Positions 55,270-64,000 of a stretch of 64,000 nucleotides of DNA are shown piece by piece. Source of the DNA: Octopus sinensis. Taxonomy: Eukaryota. The position numbers were made by a program, and so were the translations under genes. Under the pieces are notes generated by a model. That model was not told where the DNA came from, did not search any database, and saw only the letters and a list, made by a program, of their open reading frames with translations. Every line of letters starts with the position of its first letter. The stretch's first letter is position 1. The DNA lies in NCBI RefSeq assembly GCF_006345805.1, contig NC_043005.1, positions 67,704,001-67,768,000 on the forward strand. The letters are read 5' to 3'.

Positions 55270-57303
55270 TATATATATTATATATATATATACATGAGTG
55301 TGTGTGTGCGCATGAGCGTGTGTGAAACTTTTTTCAACTGGAAATCTTGTTGGTTCAGTACTTTAAATGAATTTGACGTGGAATACAGATTATTCTGTAA
55401 TCTAGTTTATATTCTTACAGCATTTTTTCTACAAAGCGTATATTCACTAAACCTTGTGAGAGAAGACTGATGCGGCTTAGTGAACATTTATTTGCTGAAA
55501 CAACATTGGCTATAATTTTCTTCCAAGTCAGTGCTTTCATTCTTAACCACAGAATTTATCCGGACTGTGGCCAAGTTAATTTGCCTTGCCAATCTAACCT
55601 TCCATAGTTATTTTAAATATATAAATCAATGGCTTCCTGCATGTGAGCCTTTTATATCAGTATCAAATTGCTAAGTCACTATTCAGTTCCTACTCCCAAC
55701 ATTTGATTGTATACGTTTTACTGTCCATATCGAGATAATTTTTTCTTCTTGATTGCATTTAGCCATGATGCGTTTTAATGAAAATCATTCGTCTTATTCC
55801 ATATCTTAAATTATACTGATTTAAGATATCCCTAAGATCTTTTTAGGAAGATATATATATTTCTCTCCATCTTTTGGTATATAACTTGTAGATTGGAAGT
55901 AAACTTCAGATTACTGCTTCTTCAAAGAAGTTTATTTTGTTCCTTTGCTAACGAAGTTTCTCACTCACTCACTTTAGTTCGTGTTTTATAGCTATTAATT
56001 TTCTCTCAAACATTTAGAATCTTCATACATTTTGTCAATTTTCTAGTGAAACATGGTTGGAGGTGCTGCAAAATTATAAATTGCATGATACCTTGTGATG
56101 GTATCTAGATATTTAATTCTGCAGCACATGACTTTGATATCTTCTTCGGCTGATTACGTTGAGGTATTTCATTACTACATGCTCGGTATCACTTAGATGT
56201 TCTCTCAGAGTAATAGCAGTTGTATACAATCAGGTATTGATTTTTCAGTATGTTTTAGCCATTTTCCTGTAGTTTCCAGCAACACCGTAAGCAATTTTTA
56301 ATGTGGATATAGTTTTTTTCTCCTATTTTCATCAAAAGTGGTCTGTTGTTTACTATAATAATGCATAATGCCCCCGAAACATAGTGGTCAGAGCTTATAT
56401 AATACAAAACATTTATTAGCTGTAAAATTAAAATTAATCAGTATACCCTAATGAGCTGATCCGTGGAGTTTAATTCTCATTCTACAATTAGTAACAATCA
56501 ATAAATATTTTATTATTGTTTAATTTTCTGACTTTCCTGTTTTGGAGACTCTATGCCTTAAAAGGATAATTTTATTGTAAAGTTATAGCAAAATATCTTT
56601 TCAAAACTTTGTCTACTGTCATAAATTTCTTTTGAAGCAAAATATATTCACGAATTATTGTTGTTGGATCTGCTTCATACAAAAATAGATGAAAATTGAG
56701 TGATGATAGCGACAATAAAGACATCAGTTTACATTTGTTTACATTTCTGCCGTACTCTTCCACGACAGCTTTTGAGTACGAACTAGCATTACAGGATTTG
56801 GAATAACATTTGCTATCTGTAGTAACACTTATTGCTCAACGAAAGATACCTGTTATCGAATCTGTTTATCTGTGAAGATTATTTAAATTTCGGAGAATAT
56901 CGTCCAAGTAATTTCTTAATAGGTTCCGTATTGACGCTGGAAGAATATTTGATAACACTAGAGTAAATCATAGCTTAAATGTGAAGTCCAAGTAAATTTA
57001 AAAGAATACTTAGCTAAGTAATTGGTAATTGTTGGTAATAATAGTTATTATTAGTGTTGTTCTTGTTTTATTAGCAATGATTCTGAAAGAGAAATTCTTC
57101 ATGATTAAAAGTATTTTAGAAAATTAATTTTGAATAGTGCTATACTAGATAAATTGATTTTGTTTTATCTATAACAGACAAAAATTCAACTAACATATCG
57201 AGGCTGAGTTAGGAAAGCGTTCAAACCTTTTGTTGACGGGCCTAAACGTGTATGCATCTTTCTACATATTGCCTGTGAGTGCGCTTGTGTGTGTGTATTT
57301 GTG

Positions 57304-57334
<31 letters not shown>

Positions 57335-58325
57335 TGTGTGTGTCTGTGTCTGTGTGTATGTATTTATGTATGTATGCGCTAGTGCTTGTTTGTGTGTGTT
57401 TCTGTTTAAGTATGAATCCTCGAACATTATTTGTTTAATTCTAAACCGGCAATAGAGCTAAAATTATGAAATTTATGAGATTTCAAAGAACTATAGTTAG
57501 TATGATAAGAATTTGGAGTCAGAATAGAATAGGTGCCACTCCGTGCTTCCAGAACTCGATTGTAGTTTCCTTTTTCCACACCGTTCACTTTGTATGTCTT
57601 AAATTAGTTAATGGAAAGAACCCTCTAGCAAGAACTGTCCTTCCTCGTATAATCTCATTTTGATCTTGCTTTTTGGTTGCTAGTTGCATTTAATTCAATT
57701 CAATTAGCTTATCAACGTTTACTGAATATTATCTATGCCATTTACACCCTTGGGAAATTCGTGAACTTCAGTGAACATCTCTAATTTCCCCTTCACTTTG
57801 CGAATATACCATTAGTGAATATCTGTGTAGGAAAATTGTTCAATTTACTACATTTGACAGAATTGCATAAGATAGATAAAATATTTAAGATGCTGATATA
57901 TTTTTCAATGCTCTTCAGAATCTCCGTTTATCTGGACATAATACTACGTACTTAAGTACGCTTAGCTGCGCCAGAAATTTCCTCGTATCATTAGTCAGTG
58001 AAGAATAGTAAATAATTCTATGATACTACTGTAAATAACTCTGTGGCGCTACTTTAGTTGTTAAGATTGTGTTCTGGTAAAGTTGTTAGAGCATAGAATG
58101 AGAAATGTTTTGCTACATTTATTTCAGTTTCTTGCATTCAGCGTCCACTAAGTTCAATTTTATCCTTCATCTTTTGGTGAATGATAAATGGAATTCTAAT
58201 ATAGGATGATGCGCCTTGTAGTATTTGCTCCAGCTTTTGTGCTCCAATTTCAAATCCTGTGGTCATCTTTGTGACAGGCTACATCCATTGCCCGGTTTAA
58301 CATCACTATTTGCTATAAAGATGTA

Positions 58326-58522
58326 TACGAGGGATGCTAAAATGTTCTTTGTTTTAAAGATCGCGAAAGGCCTGGCTGGAGGCCCAAACTTCCGAGTTTT
58401 TTTACAGAACTTAGAAAAACTGAAGGACCGCTACAAGAGAGAGGAATATGTTGAATAAAATTATAATTAACTCCTGTATTTTCTTTCACTTAAAACCAGG
58501 GACTTTTCAGTATTTCCTCGTA
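58326..58522 (+). mobile_element. Internally deleted mariner (MITE-like) with TA TSD
   Basis: TA|CGAGGGATGCTAAAATGTTC and GGACTTTTCAGTATTTCCTCG|TA are imperfect TIRs; retains the C-terminal remnant LEKLKDRYK..EYVE*. Confidence 0.75.
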
Positions 58523-60092
58523 TATAGCGAAGTCTACTTCTTTGAAAACATTTTGTATGCGTCTTCGGTTTGAAGACACCTTACATTTTCGTTCTCGTCA
58601 GTTTAAAAAGCCTTATAAAGAATCATGAGCACTCGAAGGATAAGTTCATTTTAGCTTCCTTTTTTTTATTGGTAGCTCTATTGTTGTTAACGCAAAAAGT
58701 GAAGTGCTTGATCTCAATCATGATGTTTTAAGAAATAGTATAGTAACTTTCAAACCGATTATGGCGCTTGTATGCGGTCGTTAAAGTTGCAAGGATCAGC
58801 AACCACAAATTTTATGATAATTATACATTACCATTTTTAAAAAAGGAGAGCAGTTTTGTTACCGCGCTTAAAAATATAGTCGGGATAGTGGTGGCTCTAA
58901 TGCCTTTGGTCATTAGTTTGCTTGATCACAGCTAACCTGTGTTTAAGCAACATTATGACTTTATGTATTATTACATGTACAAGGAACGTATGACCCTAAA
59001 TAAAGACAAAATTTATATTAATGATGTTATTTTACTGAAATCTTTATTCATTATCATGTTCCTTACTCTGCAAGCAACCACATTCTCCTTAAATAATAGC
59101 GTAAGTGGTTGTCTTGGAAGAAGGGATATGGTGAGGGGTTCATGCACAGTCGGCTCAAAACACAGCCAATTTTGCGGGAGAAGAAAATCAATCAAGTACT
59201 TGACTGATATTATATTTTGTCGACCTCGGAAGGATGAAAAGCAAAGTTTACATCGGTAGGATTTAAACTCAGAACGCATTTATTCTTCCGCTTTAACAGT
59301 TCTGGCGATATCTATAATAGTATATACTAATACATCGAAGGGATTTCTTACGCAATCACATGATCAATTTTTGAAGTAAAAGTGAATTACTTACCGAATC
59401 AACTTCAGTGCAATCAAAACTTAATTGACTTTGTAATTACGAAAGGAAAACACAAAACCCGATTAATTTGAACGAAAGACAATGTAAAACTAATTGCTCT
59501 CAAGCGTCTCATCTAAGCCCTAGTTCTATTGTCCGTGAAATCATAATTGCAATTTTAATTGCCTTCACTAATGCAGTACGTGATGGGAGCATTCTTTCCT
59601 TTACTTAAACTAGATATTGTGTCGTAAAATCATGTAGTGGATAATGCCTTGGTATGAGGTCTCTATCAAGATTAATTCTGATATATTATTCATTGAATAA
59701 AACATGAACAGAGTTTTTCTGAACGATCCAACACAATTCCTTCGAATTTGTTGCATGAATTGTCAAAAGAGTATCTACATTAAACGAATAAATAAGATTT
59801 TTGTGGGACACCAGCTTATATCTTGCAAGCAACAGCTATAAGAAGCTCAGGCTCATTTTCTTCATGCTTTAAAATTTATGGCGAAAGACTGCAATTTGAA
59901 GCAATGACGTCCGAGTAGTATTAAAAAAAAATTAAGATTCGATGCTTTACTTCTGGAACAAGATAAACAGACAAGATCCATACTACTCGAAAACAAAGCA
60001 CCAGATTTAATTAACAGTGTTACAAACTAGAGCGATTAGACTTGGATGAAAAGAATTCTAGCGTTTATAATCTGAATATCTTTGCAAATATT

Positions 60093-60328
60093 TATTTCTT
60101 TATTGACCACATGGGGCTAAACACAGAGAGGACAAACAAGGACAAACAAACGGATTAAGTCAATAACATCGGCCTCAGTGCATAACTGGTACTTATTTAA
60201 TCGACCCCGAAAGGATGAAAAGCAAAGTCGACCTCGGCGAAATTTGAACTCAGAACGTAACGGCAGACGAAATACTGCTAAGCATTTCGCCCGGCGTGCT
60301 AACGATTCTGCCAGCTCGCCGCCCTATT
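60093..60328 (-). mobile_element. Near full-length SINE (family of 2308) with 12-bp TSD
   Basis: tttgcaaatatt at 60081-60092 and 60329-60340. Confidence 0.9.
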
Positions 60329-62599
60329 TTTGCAAATATTATACTGTTACAAAGTAGACACGGGTCATGAAGCTATTTACGCAGTTGCTTAACAGAAGTG
60401 TGCCTGTAACAAATATAGACATGACTCTGTGCAGCAAGGGATCCACATTAAACTTTGAAAAAACTGACCAACAATTTCTACAAATTTCAAGTTTTCAACA
60501 TTTAATGGAATATCTAATATCTAGTGCATTAATTACTATTATGATTAACAATCACTCAGCAGAAGTTTTAATTATCAATGAAGATACTGGTAATTTACAA
60601 TGAGTTGTAATCGCTAAATAAAATGGTTTGTTATTAAAGTATTCAAAGATAGTGCTGTGGCGGCACCAATACCGCTTACCTCACTAATTATGGGCATATG
60701 CGAAGTTGACAGGCAGTAAATACTGCTGGTAATATTATTCACTCTCAAGTCGGATGTAATACTTGGGACATACTTTTATGCTTCCGTATTCTTTAGTGAC
60801 ATTTATGTTTAATGGCTTTGAAGCGCTTCTAGTATTGTAAAACTTTACATGCCTGAATATTCAACCGCTTACACATTTCGCAAATTTAACGATATATGCA
60901 CAGCATATTGCGATATCTACTTATGGATATTAGGAAGTTCATTAGACCAGAGATAAATTAACTAATTAAGAATCAGCATCTCAGACCCAAGTAGATAACT
61001 TTGAAGTAATAAAAACAAAATCAAGTCCCAAACGTCACATAATAGTGGTAACGCAACTACAATCGACACTTATACACTTCCTGACTTTTTCCAGTAATAA
61101 CTGTTGACTAGTTGACCCATGTTATATCTCAAAATTCTTCATTTAGTAAGGTCAGTGCGTAATATACCGAATATTAACGTCCAGAAGTAATTAAATACCG
61201 TTTTTGCACAGCATTTCAAGACTTCTATACTGATGCAACTAGGATCAGTGATGCAACTTGCCTATTAGGCCTTATATACACAGCAGCATGTTTTTCAATC
61301 AAATTCTCTTGCATAATCTCTTTAAATTTATTGTACTTAAACGGCACTATTCTCTGCAGTAATTCTATTGAAATTATAACGTAAATTTAGAAACATTTTC
61401 ATCATAAGATTTTTGCTTTTTCAGTAAAACAGGTACCAATTTTGGGTGTTATTGAAGTAAAAAATCATAGAATATTAATTGATCCCAATGAATTATTTAC
61501 TCGTATACGTCTTAAAATTCTTCTCAAATGGGACTTTAAAAAACATCATTGGGCTGCTAGTATATCACAGCAAATGGCTTGTACATTTTTCTTAAAACCT
61601 AATAACCCATAATGAAATATATCTCTTTTTGCCATTCCTCAAATAGTTCTTTCTGTTTTCGAAACTATTAAAGTCGATATAAAAAATGTGCCGCCATACG
61701 ATTTTCAACTCTGTTTCCTTTAAAGTTGAGACCGATACGTCAGACACCGCTATTGCTCCTATCCATGAATTATCAATCCATGTGAAAAAAGTTTCGTTTG
61801 CAACTTTACGTATTATTAAGTTAAAATGTGTATGCCTAAGATCTATTCACAGATTTGTGTTACATTAATGTTAACTTTTGTTAATTTCTTTTTTTTTTCC
61901 TCTGAAAGAAAGGTGAATGCTGTTACTCTACTGACCTTTAATTATATAACATATGATAAGCTACTTCTATCCCTTATTTAAAGCAGATAATTAGCTGTAA
62001 CATAATTTGGTATACGCTTTCATTCGTCAGCGACCATTATCAATAATGGCGGTTCATAAGAAGCAAGAAAAACTTCTACAATAATCTTTTGGACAAACAA
62101 CATAATATAAATATAGGAATAAAGCGAAAATAAAATCTAGCATTGTAGGAAAGACTTCAGAAGATTACAAGATGGCTTGGCTATTTTAGTTTATATCTAA
62201 ATATATTTTCTCATTTGCATCTTTTCTCTTCATTCATTTTTCTTCTTCATCTTCATATGATTCACTCCATCATTATTCCTCCCGTCTTGTCATCTTACAT
62301 CTCAAATCTTATAATAATCAGTATATATACGGCATCTCATCTTAGCTACAAGTCCTTCAATTACATATCTTATAGATCAATCTTTCAGGTATTTCTCTCG
62401 ATATCTCGACATCTCTACCATTTTTACTTTCAGTCTCACTATTTTTTTTTGTTTTTGTATCAACACAGACACAGTTACAGGCACATATATACACATAAAT
62501 ATATGCGCATGCGTGTGAGTGCGCAAGAGAGAGAGAGACAAAGAGAGCAAGCGACACGTTCTCTCTTCCGCTCTCTCTTTCTCACCCTCCCTCCCTCTC

Positions 62600-62895
<296 letters not shown>

Positions 62896-63482
62896 GACAG
62901 CCTGATAGACACGTACATTCATAAACAAATAAATATAAAATATATATATTTACATAAATTCACACCTGTTTTGTGAGTGAGTGTGTATGTATGTGTGTGT
63001 ATTTCGGTTCAACTTGAGATCGAGCATAATCCGTTTCTTATTACTGCCATATACTTGCATGAAGTATGTCAGCTTCTCTACACTACCAGGGACCCTTAAA
63101 TCACAACCGAGCCCGTACTTTGTTTTACATTTATTTTGAGAAATGTGGTGAGGAATTTTTCAATGGGCTTATTAACAGCGGCTCTACTTTTATGCAATCG
63201 TCGTGAGTTCTTGAATTATTTTTCGGTTGTAGCTGAATCAGCACAATTTCTGCTTAAAGCCTTGAACTTTAATACTTTTTAAATCTCTCGGATTTGTCTT
63301 TGACATCCGAAACTTAATCTTTTGCGTCATTTTCTATGTGTTTTATTCTTGTATCTTTCTTTTTGTTCATATTTAAATTGTTATTGCTGCTGCTGCTCTT
63401 TAATATGCTGTCATCATCGTCATTGTTGTTTAATATGAGCGTATGCAGTTGCATCAGCTTCTGTAGTTATTATAATAGAAGG

Positions 63483-63490
63483 GTATAATA

Positions 63491-63588
<98 letters not shown>

Positions 63589-63598
63589 AATAATAATG

Positions 63599-63661
<63 letters not shown>

Positions 63662-63717
63662 TAATAATAATGATAATAATAATGATAATAATAATAATAA
63701 TGATAATAATAATAATG

Positions 63718-63754
<37 letters not shown>

Positions 63755-63768
63755 TGATAATAATAATG

Positions 63769-63811
<43 letters not shown>

Positions 63812-63875
63812 TAATAATAATAATATAATAATAATAATAATAACAACAACAACAACAACACAACAACAACAACAA
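63483..63875. repeat. (AAT)n/(GAT)n/(AAC)n trinucleotide array
   Basis: Direct reading. Confidence 0.95.
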
Positions 63876-64000
63876 CAATGGTGATGAGACGAGGAAAGCT
63901 TGTCAGGACAGAAGGCATATGGTTGCCAGGTGGTGAAAGTATGAAGGCAATTTAACCTCAATCTCGCTAGGAATACTTGGGGCGGGTGGAATCAAACTCA

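Noticed and set aside
55440-56800. Possible L1/Tx1-like relic and the 63-aa ORF 56572-56763
   Set aside because: No convincing RT motif or splice context; not called.

Overview
AT-rich, microsatellite-dense eukaryotic DNA. The SINE families and repeat landscape look like an octopus/cephalopod genome (inference from recalled repeat sequences, not a database search). I recognise no host protein-coding gene. Most ORFs in the track are microsatellite translations, and the rest are decayed transposon fragments: an RTE-clade LINE, a stack of three R4/Dong-like REL-endonuclease LINEs inside (TAA)n, a Tc1 IR/DR element, mariner and hAT remnants, a non-autonomous Helitron, a probable solo LTR and many tRNA-derived SINEs. 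The most interesting signal is RNA-structural. A dispersed ~750-870 nt Penelope/retrozyme-like repeat family carries hammerhead ribozymes whose three strands lie in a NON-circularly permuted order (cleavage-site strand, GAAA strand, CUGANGA strand). Four copies (26953-27015 -, 29769-29830 -, 30344-30404 +, 53556-53616 +) show compensatory changes in stems I and III and pairing-consistent changes in stem II. A fifth copy is 5'-truncated, and an unrelated-sequence element at 50596-50653 has the same geometry. The window also holds a canonical-order type I hammerhead (1504-1548), a G3:C8 core-swapped hammerhead inside a 119-bp inverted repeat (9396-9446 -) and an A6U hammerhead-like motif in two copies. 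None of these has been tested for cleavage. Ends of degenerate repeats are approximate.
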